Shown: piece by piece, positions 51,102 to 59,029 of the stretch
Layout: each line of letters opens with the position of its first letter
Numbering within the stretch: the stretch's first letter is position 1
Assembly: GCA_963751455.1 (NCBI GenBank)
Contig: CAVVUN010000015.1
Span: 1,312,001-1,376,000, forward strand
Direction of reading: 5' to 3'
DNA length: 64,000 nt
Origin: Nitrospirota bacterium
Lineage (GTDB): Bacteria; Nitrospirota; UBA9217
Program-made: the position numbers and the translations under genes
The notes under the pieces: generated by a model
The model's input: the letters and a program-made list of their open reading frames with translations, nothing else
What the model was told of the DNA's origin: nothing
Database searches by the model: none

Positions 51102-51734
51102 ATGCCTATCAAACTCCAAATTATAGGAACTCTTTTTGCTGTCATATTCAGCCTGACGGCTTTCCCCGCATGGGCAGGCGATCACCCGTCGATCGACGAG
51201 CTCAGGACCCGCGTCAATGAACTACAGCAGGAAGCCGCGCTGCTGGAAGAAGAGAACCAGGGGCTCAGGAACCGGATCAAGGCATTCGAGGACAACGCGG
51301 TCTACCTGGTCGTTGACACGGAAAGCAACAGGCTGACCATGAGGCAGGCTGGAAGCGTTCTGCTGCGCGCGAAAGTGGGGACCGGCAGCAGGCAGATCGT
51401 GAAGGAAGAAACCGGACGGAACTGGTATTTTGAAAGCCCCATGGGATCGCTCGCTGTTCTCGGCAAGGAGCGGAACCCGGTCTGGATCAGGCCTGACTGG
51501 TCCTATGTCGAGGAGAACATGCCCGTGCCGAAGCCCGAGGACCCGGACAGGATCGTGCGCGGAGTGCTTGGGAAATACGCGTTGCTCCTCGGGAACGGCT
51601 ACAAAATACACGGAACCAAGTGGACGAACCTGCTCGGTACGCATTTTACGCACGGGTGCATATCGTTGGACGACAAGAACCTTGAAACACTGTACAAATC
51701 CGTAAAGATCGGGACGAAGGTTTATATTTATTAG
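51102..51734 (+). CDS. L,D-transpeptidase (YkuD family) with coiled coil
   Basis: Signal peptide; YKIHGT...LG...THGCI; V.IGTKVYI. Confidence 0.9.
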   Translation: MPIKLQIIGTLFAVIFSLTAFPAWAGDHPSIDELRTRVNELQQEAALLEEENQGLRNRIKAFEDNAVYLVVDTESNRLTMRQAGSVLLRAKVGTGSRQIVKEETGRNWYFESPMGSLAVLGKERNPVWIRPDWSYVEENMPVPKPEDPDRIVRGVLGKYALLLGNGYKIHGTKWTNLLGTHFTHGCISLDDKNLETLYKSVKIGTKVYIY

Positions 51735-51750
51735 GGCACGAAAAGAAATT

Positions 51751-51878
51751 GGACGCAGATGAACGCAGATACTCGCAGATAGAATAAAAGCTTTTTGCTT
51801 GAAGCAAAATTACCTGTTTTAATTAAAAAATTATTTTGTGCAGACTTTATCCACTCTTATCCGTTTTTTCTGCGTCCG
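51751..51878. repeat. Family A dispersed inverted repeat
   Basis: ggacgcagatgaacgcagatactcgcagat ... atccgttttttctgcgtcc. Confidence 0.7.
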
Positions 51879-51899
51879 AAATGGTTTTAAAAATTGAGC

Positions 51900-52415
51900 A
51901 TGAAAAAATTAATGAAAATACTACACCTTTATTTTATGCTTTTCGTCCTGCTGCTGCTCACCGGCTTCACTATCGGGGGAGGCTCTGACGACGAACGCTC
52001 ATCGCTTCTGCAGCAGGAAAAAGAGCTGAAAGTCCGGATCGAAACGCTCATGCGTGACCAGGAATACCTTCGCTTCCAGAAGGTCATGCAGGCTCTGGAT
52101 TCGAAGTACCTTCTTCTCGACTTCAAAGGAGAAATCGGCCAGCTTAGATACAAGAACCGGATACTCAAGCATTTCAGCTTCAAAACAGGAAAACCGGCTG
52201 TCCGCCAGGAGGGCATCATTACGGTTACAGAAAGAGTAGAAGGAATAAAAGGCCGGCATGCAATCGTATTCGGCTCATCTCTCATTCTCCACGGCAAGCG
52301 CACGCCCTCCGAAAAACTCGACCCCGCCATCCCGCGCATTTCGCTTGCTCAAAAGGATTTTCTTTCCGTTTACTACGCCCTTGAAAAAGGCTCCCAGGCG
52401 TATATCCTCCGTTAA
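51900..52415 (+). CDS. Hypothetical exported protein, possibly a degenerate YkuD-like fold
   Basis: Signal peptide and coiled coil; layout parallels the upstream L,D-transpeptidase (ILHG...PRISL) but lacks the catalytic Cys. Confidence 0.65.
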   Translation: MKKLMKILHLYFMLFVLLLLTGFTIGGGSDDERSSLLQQEKELKVRIETLMRDQEYLRFQKVMQALDSKYLLLDFKGEIGQLRYKNRILKHFSFKTGKPAVRQEGIITVTERVEGIKGRHAIVFGSSLILHGKRTPSEKLDPAIPRISLAQKDFLSVYYALEKGSQAYILR

Positions 52416-52575
52416 CGTTGCTCAGCAGCATGTCAGGATGCAAAGCGGCAAAACGGATTAGCCTGCAAGTCAGACAGTAGCAAAAACCTGAATTAATTCG
52501 CATCATGGTAATAGTATTGCAATCCTACCGAATATATGTTATGATCGGAATGCAATACTATCGGAGGCGCGGGGC

Positions 52576-53811
52576 GTGATCGAGGAACTTGTTCGGTTGA
52601 GCCAGGACTTCATCCGGCTCTATAACCGTGACTATGTACGGTACTTTTTGAAGGAGAACAGGCTGGACAGCCGGTTCTCCCTCATCGTTGGCCAGCGGGG
52701 TGTCGGCAAGACTACGGCCATCATCCAGCACCTTCTTGCATCCTACCGAAACGACCCCTTTACCGACAAGGCGCTCTATATCCAGGCGGACCATTTCCTG
52801 CTCGGCAAGCGCAGCCTCTATGAAATCGCGGAAGAATTCCATTACCTGGGCGGAGAACTGATCTGCCTCGATGAAATTCACAAGTACCCGGACTGGGCGG
52901 CACACCTCAAAAGCATCAACGACACGTTTCCCAAGCTCAGAATCGTCTCGTCCGGAAGCTCCGCCCTGGAAATCCATCGTGGGAGCCATGATTTGAGCAG
53001 GAGGGCCGTAGTGTACCGGATGTACGGCATGTCGCTACGGGAATTCATCGAAATGACGCAGGATGTCGCACTTGGGAGCTTCAAGCTCGAGGATATCCTG
53101 AAAAGCCACCAGCGGATCAGCCAGGATGTCATTGGGGCGCTTGAAAAGAAGGATAAAAAAATCCTCGCGCTCTTTCGCGAATATCTTGAATATGGCTACT
53201 ATCCGTACTTCCGGGAATATAAGAACAAGAAGCTCTTTCACATCACCCTGGAGCAAAACGTCCACACGACACTTGAAAGCGATCTGATCACCATCTATCC
53301 TTCCTTGAGCGGAGCGAGCATCAAGAAGATCAAGAAGCTCCTGGCCATCATCGCCGTGTCCGTTCCGTTCACCCCGGATCTTAAGAACCTGAAGACCGCG
53401 CTCGACATGGGCGACGAACGTACGCTGAAGAATTATCTGAAATACCTTGAGGATGCCGGCATCATCCTGACTATATCAAAAAGCGGCAGGGGACTCCGGG
53501 AACTCGAGAAGCCGGAAAAGATATACCTGAATAATCCGAACCTGATCCACGCGATTGCGGGCCGCGCGCCGGCAGAAACCGGCAATATCCGCGAAACGTT
53601 CTTTCTCGCCATGATCCATGCGCAGCATAAAGTAACTTCGCACACTGATGGTGATTTTTTTGTAGACGGGAAATATGCCTTTGAAGTCGGTGGAAAAAAT
53701 AAAGGCCCCGGCCGGCTCAAGGCGGCTAAGAACGCATATTTGGCCGTCGACAATATAGAAATTGGCGTTGGAAACAGAATCCCTCTCTGGTTATTCGGGT
53801 TTCTGTATTAA
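52576..53811 (+). CDS. AAA family ATPase (AAA_14/DUF4143-like)
   Basis: GQRGVGKTT, LDEIHKY, SGSS, DLSRR, KPEKIYLNN, RETFF, FEVGGKNK, IPLWLFGFLY. Confidence 0.9.
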   Translation: MIEELVRLSQDFIRLYNRDYVRYFLKENRLDSRFSLIVGQRGVGKTTAIIQHLLASYRNDPFTDKALYIQADHFLLGKRSLYEIAEEFHYLGGELICLDEIHKYPDWAAHLKSINDTFPKLRIVSSGSSALEIHRGSHDLSRRAVVYRMYGMSLREFIEMTQDVALGSFKLEDILKSHQRISQDVIGALEKKDKKILALFREYLEYGYYPYFREYKNKKLFHITLEQNVHTTLESDLITIYPSLSGASIKKIKKLLAIIAVSVPFTPDLKNLKTALDMGDERTLKNYLKYLEDAGIILTISKSGRGLRELEKPEKIYLNNPNLIHAIAGRAPAETGNIRETFFLAMIHAQHKVTSHTDGDFFVDGKYAFEVGGKNKGPGRLKAAKNAYLAVDNIEIGVGNRIPLWLFGFLY

Positions 53812-53847
53812 GAGTTTTGGCGAGGATCTGCGAACAATAATCTGGTA

Positions 53848-53876
53848 TTGACAATGACTCTAAAAGGTAGTACATT
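53848..53876 (+). promoter_or_regulatory. Sigma70-like promoter of the TA operon
   Basis: TTGACA-17 nt-TACATT. Confidence 0.6.
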
Positions 53877-53917
53877 TATTAATAGTAATGCTTTATTGAA
53901 AGGTAAGGTAAATTACA

Positions 53918-54172
53918 ATGACGACGTCAGCAGTGAAAATCACCCGGAAGGGACAGGTTACGATTCCTAAGGAAATCCGGGATAAATTGCAGGCAAATGC
54001 CGTTTATTTTGAGGTGAAGAACGATATCGTCATGGTAAAGCCGGTACGGGACGCTGCCGGTTCACTCCGGGAATACGCTCGAAACGTCAAACCCGGCGTC
54101 TCCATGAAACAGATGAAAGAGAAGGCGTGGGGGGAAGCCATACGTGAAAAAGCCGGCAAGAAGTCTGCCTGA
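53918..54172 (+). CDS. AbrB/MazE/SpoVT-family antitoxin
   Basis: KITRKGQVTIPKEIRDKL. Confidence 0.9.
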   Translation: MTTSAVKITRKGQVTIPKEIRDKLQANAVYFEVKNDIVMVKPVRDAAGSLREYARNVKPGVSMKQMKEKAWGEAIREKAGKKSA

Positions 54173-54545
54173 TACGAACGTCATCATCAGGTATCTGGTC
54201 GAAGACGATACCGCTCTATACGCAAAAGCGAAGGAATTCTTTGACAAAGTGAAACAGGGCAGCGTCAAAGCCGTGATCCTCGAAAGCGTCATTGCCGAAT
54301 GCGTTTATGTTCTCACGAAGATCTATAAAGTTCCCCGTGATCGGGCCGCATCGAGTCTCATTGATGTCCTTCGCTATAAGGGGATTGCCAATGGCGACCA
54401 GCAGGAACTAATCCGTGCGCTGTCAATGTTCTCGGACCAGGGCCTCGATATCGTTGATTGCATCTTATGCTCCAAAGCATCAGCCACCCAAGGCCAGCTC
54501 TTTTCTTTCGATGCAGATCTGAACAAAACCATGCGACGTACGTAA
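54144..54545 (+). CDS. PIN-domain (VapC-like) toxin
   Basis: DTNVIIRYL, E..YVL, D.VDC, SFD.DL; overlaps the antitoxin. Confidence 0.9.
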   Translation: MKKPARSLPDTNVIIRYLVEDDTALYAKAKEFFDKVKQGSVKAVILESVIAECVYVLTKIYKVPRDRAASSLIDVLRYKGIANGDQQELIRALSMFSDQGLDIVDCILCSKASATQGQLFSFDADLNKTMRRT

Positions 54546-54649
54546 CAATTGAGAATTACAGCCTGCTCCATTCTCCAAGATTATAACCCCTGTTCTCCTA
54601 GACTGCTGTAATGCTGTCATCCTGAGCGAAGTGAAGGATCTAAAATCTT

Positions 54650-56038
54650 GGTAGCGTTGTCAAGTGGAGACCTGACAAAAGCCCCCCATTTTACGCGCAT
54701 TATGCATCAAATCCGTTATAGTAATAAGCCAGCCGGACTTTCATGACATTCAGCGCTCCGGCCTCGGTCCACTTGCTCACGTTTACCCGCATATTGACCG
54801 TGCGCATGAGTCGCTCCACCTTGCTCGTGGTCTTACCGTCTAATCTCTTCTTGATCGCCGTAAACATATCCGGGCGGGCATTTTCAAGATAAGCGGCTGT
54901 GTGAGTATATTCTCTCTCAGCGCACCGCTTTATCAGTTCATCCAGCCGGGCCTTCTTCGAAGCGATCATCGCGGCTATCGTCTGCTTGTCGTCTACAAAC
55001 GGCCGTATCGCGCAGATTTCCATCAGCTCCACGATCACATACAACCAGTCCTCGCTCTTACGCTTCACTTTGTCCTGCCACAACACATACTTCGCTTGAT
55101 AGGGAATATGCCACAAGCAGCGCTGAACAATTATCTTCACCTTCCCCTTAAGAGCATCCAGGATGGAGGTGTCGCCGTCGGTGATTAAGGAAAACGGACG
55201 GGTGAAGCTCCCCAGAGCCTTGAGACTCTTCTTGAAAAGGTTGTCCCAGGACCCGTTATAATTCCCGATATCAAGGCCCGCCACCCGCACGCCGCCACCC
55301 TTCTTGTACTGTATGAACGCCTTCAATTCCTTCCCGCGCTTCTTGATTCCCTTGATGCCGATCCCGGTCCCGTCAGCCTCGCCCTGGGGAAGCTCCTTTT
55401 CATCAACCTTGAACTCTATTTCCGACCCCGTCTTTTGGACAGCGCTCCAGACCGTCATCTTGTCCACGGCCCAGCCGAACATCTTGCCGATCTTCTCCGC
55501 CACACGAAAGGTTGTCAAGGAACCCAGAAGCCCAAGCTTTCGATAAATTTCTGCCGCTATTCGCTTTTTCGGCTTCATTCCGAGCAGCTTTCGGGTGATG
55601 TAGAGCTTACTCCCACAGCGTTTGCAAACAACCTGGAGCTGCTGTAACCAGACCCATTGGTAAAAGGCATGAATCTTAGTCTTTTTCCCGTGCCGCGTCT
55701 TCCATGTGAATTCCCGATCATTGCCGCACCCGCAGGCAAAAGGCTTTTTCTTAAGAGCCATCACATGCTCGCCAAAGCCTACAAGCACTTTCTGAATGAA
55801 GTCCGTCAAAATCTGCGGCAAAAGCTCGGCAAAGGCGGCGAGTATTGATGAAAGAGAGCTGTCCTTCAAATGCACTTCAAATTGACAATCAAAACTGATG
55901 GTGATACCTTTCCTTTGTGGGGTAACACCCATATTGCCCTCCTGTTTTATGGTTAGTTTCGTCCAAAACTATTATCCATAAAATGGAGGGCAATTTGTTG
56001 TTACTTCATGTCCAAAGTCTCTCCTTTTCTACACTACC
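54650..56038 (-). mobile_element. ISH6-family insertion sequence (1389 bp)
   Basis: Imperfect TIRs GGTAGCGTTGTCAAGTGGAGAC / GGTAGTGTAGAAAAGGAGAGAC; 8-bp target duplication AAAATCTT at 54642-54649 and 56039-56046. Confidence 0.85.
54700..55932 (-). CDS. DDE transposase (ISH6/UPF0236-like)
   Basis: EADGT, ITDGD, QRCLWH, TTSKVERLMR motifs; bounded by TIRs and a target duplication. Confidence 0.85.
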   Translation of the reverse strand: MGVTPQRKGITISFDCQFEVHLKDSSLSSILAAFAELLPQILTDFIQKVLVGFGEHVMALKKKPFACGCGNDREFTWKTRHGKKTKIHAFYQWVWLQQLQVVCKRCGSKLYITRKLLGMKPKKRIAAEIYRKLGLLGSLTTFRVAEKIGKMFGWAVDKMTVWSAVQKTGSEIEFKVDEKELPQGEADGTGIGIKGIKKRGKELKAFIQYKKGGGVRVAGLDIGNYNGSWDNLFKKSLKALGSFTRPFSLITDGDTSILDALKGKVKIIVQRCLWHIPYQAKYVLWQDKVKRKSEDWLYVIVELMEICAIRPFVDDKQTIAAMIASKKARLDELIKRCAEREYTHTAAYLENARPDMFTAIKKRLDGKTTSKVERLMRTVNMRVNVSKWTEAGALNVMKVRLAYYYNGFDA

Positions 56039-56118
56039 AAAATCTTTGGAAATGCGAGATTATTTCATGTGCTCAGAATGACATTTCGCCGGCTAATCGT
56101 AATATTTCAATAGCCCGG

Positions 56119-56160
56119 TACGCCCTTGAACAAGGCTCCCAGGCGTATATACTCCGCTGA
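56119..56160 (+). repeat. 42-bp direct repeat of the 3' end of gene 51900-52415 (att-like)
   Basis: 38 of 42 bases identical to 52374-52415; both encode YALE(K/Q)GSQAYILR-stop. Confidence 0.85.
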
Positions 56161-56195
56161 TCCGCACCCATTTCCTCAACCCGTTTACACCCGCG

Positions 56196-56355
56196 TTTAT
56201 GAGGTCCTTGATTCCCGTCGCGCGTTGCTCAGTGCGATGGTCGACAGAGGGTCTAAGCCTTACTCAGCGAGATGGTACGACAATGAGTCTAAGCAGTGTG
56301 GCGCGAGCCTGTACTCGATGCCTTCGAGTGCTCAGCGCGAGAATAGAGTATGCAG
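56196..56355 (-). repeat. Second copy of the MITE-like/family C element
   Basis: Reverse complement matches 42195-42285 (tagac...accatc...ctgagtaaggcttagaccct.tgtcgaccatcgcactgag...gcgacgggaatcaa) and modules at 43270-43325 and 47650-47740. Confidence 0.8.
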
Positions 56356-56536
56356 AGTGCATTCCGCAATTCGCAATTGAATGTCCCTAAAACCACATAC
56401 CCTTAAAATACCCTTATTTTGTCCTTTATATTCAAATCAAATGTAACTATAATTTGCCACGATTGCGGTTTTTCGATAAGAATCTGTTGTGCGAATCAAC
56501 AAGTCAATAACCCAGACAGAATCCACGGAGGATTAT

Positions 56537-56761
56537 ATGCTTTACAAGGAACTTCTGAACAGTTTGGTCGGCAAAAAAGGCATATTGTATTCAAGAAACG
56601 AAGGAACAAGCATATTCATATTTCATGTTTCAGACTCACCGCGAGATGATGATCAGATAACTGAAGTGCATGATGATTATGTTGTTATTGCAAAAAAAAT
56701 GGCTTCAAGCGTTCTAAAAAATGTCATACCGATGTCTTTGTTCATTGTTGAATATTATTAA
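56537..56761 (+). CDS. Small hypothetical protein
   Basis: SD ggagga; 74 aa; AT-rich. Confidence 0.6.
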   Translation: MLYKELLNSLVGKKGILYSRNEGTSIFIFHVSDSPRDDDQITEVHDDYVVIAKKMASSVLKNVIPMSLFIVEYY

Positions 56762-56896
56762 TTTCTTCATCTTCAGTAAAGGGACATATTACGTTAATGT
56801 AACAATCCGTAAAATACCAGAGAACTTGTAGTCCGATATGAATTAACGGAGCAAAAAAACCATCCGTCCAATTAATCGGAGGCACAAGGTGCACTT

Positions 56897-58594
56897 ATGA
56901 GAAAAAGTAACGCAACATACCTGGCTGTTGCACTGCTCATCCTCATAGCGTTTGTCCTGATCGTCCGCCTCTGGGCAAGCGGACGGGCCGCGGCCGTTGT
57001 CGGGCCGACGCAAATACGGCTTGGGGAAAACGGCATTATTTATCTGCTGAGCGACAGAAAGCTCTATCTGCATGACAAAGACGGAGATCTCGTTGATATA
57101 ATACCGATTGCAAAATTCGGGATCAGCGGTCTCGTCATCGGGGATTTCTGGGTCTACAAAAACGGAGATATTCTCCTGCGGCGGCAGGTTGACCGGGCGC
57201 TGACGGTTTCAGGAGAAGCTGAAATGTTTGCAAGGACCGGGGCGGGCGTAAATGACAGACTCGGCACCGGTGAAAGCATCCTGCAGCGCTGCAGTACGAC
57301 AACGTTTGCGTGCGAAACATTCGGCAAGGGCCGCGACGTCTTCGACAGGATCACGACGTACCGTCTCGCCGTGGACGAGGAAAAAGGATTGACCTATCTG
57401 TCCGACACCATCGGCCATGAGTTGCTGATGCTTGACGATCACGGCATTGTAGCTGCAAAGTCCGGCGCTTCCTTTCAATTCCCGAACCAGATACTCCTGG
57501 AAGAGGGCGGCCTCCTCTATGTCGCGGACACCAACAACCACAGGATAGCAGCGGTAAAGACGAATAGAAATGCGTTCGGCGCGCTCGAGAGAGAGTTCAA
57601 GATAGTGCATCCCCGGATTCCTGGCAAGATGACGTGGCCCATGGCAATTGCCCATACGCCTGACAGGAAATGGTGGGTCATTAATGCAGATGACAATATG
57701 GGAGACGGGATCGTGATGATCCACAACGAGAAGGGAAGCTTCGAGAAAATCGTTTCCCTGCCGCCAAACGCGGACCCGCTCTGTCTTGCTGTTGTCGGCG
57801 ACCGTATTTTGCTTACGGACCGGACGCTCATGAGAGTCTACCAGGCGGACCTGAACGGCCAGTTACTCGATGATTTCGGTTCCCTGCTTTTAAAGCTCGA
57901 TTTATCCGAGCTTCGAAGAAAGCAGCGGCTCTACGATTCGCTGGCGCAAATTTCTATGTGGCTGCTGCTCGTTCTTCTGGTGTCCTCATTTTTCGTGGCG
58001 CGACAGGCGCGGCTTGAGCAGGCTACGCAGCCACAGAGACAGCCGGATCAGCGGCTGGCAGCGGGTGCATTGTCCAGCGGGGCACTACTCAACAAACAAT
58101 ATGACTATCACAGCATCCTTGGACTGCATAGAATACAATTCGTTGTTCTCACGATTATGCTGCTCACTGCGTTTGCATTCTTCATCATGATCAGCAGGGG
58201 TATGACTGTTGTCCATAAACAATTCATGCCTCTTGTATTAGTTGCGCACGTCGGGTCCTCGCTCGCAACGTATTATAAATTAAAACACTCCTCCGTAGAA
58301 TTAACCGAACAGGGCATCACCTGTAATGGATGGAAGAAAAAAATCACTTCGCCCTGGATGGCTGTAAAAAAAATCAATGTGTATGGCAGGAACGTGAAAA
58401 TAACGACTGATTACGGCAATTTTTCGATAGGCATGGTTGAGCCTGCGGATAGTCCAGCGCGGGGCTGGCTGGACCTGCTCAAACCAGAGCGTGCGAAGTT
58501 TCTGAAACAGCTGGTCAATGAGATCCAGAAACGGGCACCCGGCGCAAAGGTAACCATTTCACTATTAGTGAGGCGGCAGTGGAATCGGCTTTAA
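56897..58594 (+). CDS. NHL-repeat (beta-propeller) membrane protein
   Basis: F.FPNQI...LYVADTNNHRI repeats; N-terminal anchor and three C-terminal TM segments. Confidence 0.82.
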   Translation: MRKSNATYLAVALLILIAFVLIVRLWASGRAAAVVGPTQIRLGENGIIYLLSDRKLYLHDKDGDLVDIIPIAKFGISGLVIGDFWVYKNGDILLRRQVDRALTVSGEAEMFARTGAGVNDRLGTGESILQRCSTTTFACETFGKGRDVFDRITTYRLAVDEEKGLTYLSDTIGHELLMLDDHGIVAAKSGASFQFPNQILLEEGGLLYVADTNNHRIAAVKTNRNAFGALEREFKIVHPRIPGKMTWPMAIAHTPDRKWWVINADDNMGDGIVMIHNEKGSFEKIVSLPPNADPLCLAVVGDRILLTDRTLMRVYQADLNGQLLDDFGSLLLKLDLSELRRKQRLYDSLAQISMWLLLVLLVSSFFVARQARLEQATQPQRQPDQRLAAGALSSGALLNKQYDYHSILGLHRIQFVVLTIMLLTAFAFFIMISRGMTVVHKQFMPLVLVAHVGSSLATYYKLKHSSVELTEQGITCNGWKKKITSPWMAVKKINVYGRNVKITTDYGNFSIGMVEPADSPARGWLDLLKPERAKFLKQLVNEIQKRAPGAKVTISLLVRRQWNRL

Positions 58595-58790
58595 GTTACG
58601 ACTTTGCATCCGTGTACTAATCAACTACAACTATAATCCCAGCATCTCTATTTCCGAAGGGCTTTCTCCGCGTTGTATACCCGATTCCTGCCTCATCGCT
58701 GATATCATATCCTGGGTTAAGTTTATCCACTTTAGTTCGCTTGCCCTCAAATTATAAATTTAATACCCCGAAAATACCCCTTTTTTTGAA

Positions 58791-58819
58791 TTGACGAGAA
58801 ATCTTAGTCATGCTACAAA
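58791..58819 (+). promoter_or_regulatory. Sigma70-like extended -10 promoter
   Basis: TTGACG-17 nt-TACAAA with TG at the extended position. Confidence 0.45.
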
Positions 58820-59029
58820 AGTATCATTCATAAAGTAAACCTTCCTCAAGTTACCCGCTGGTCCAGCGAATCCCAGCATGCAGATCTGGCCAGTTCGAAG
58901 CTACGATTGCGAATTAGCCAATACAGATCCTTCTTCGCATTTTTGCGTGGAATGTACTTTTTTAACGGCGTGAAACGCATTAAGTCTCAATCGACCAATT
59001 GTAATAAAACTGAATACATGGAGTGTGCC

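Larger units (their letters stand above)
54615..56083. repeat. REP-like inverted pair interrupted by the ISH6 insertion
   Basis: tgtcatcctgagcgaagtgaaggatct on the left and agattatttcatgtgctcagaatgaca on the right of the IS. Confidence 0.7.

Noticed and set aside
56126-56390. ORFs whose translation resembles ORF 41923-42303
   Set aside because: The similarity comes from the shared DNA repeat element; no evidence of coding.
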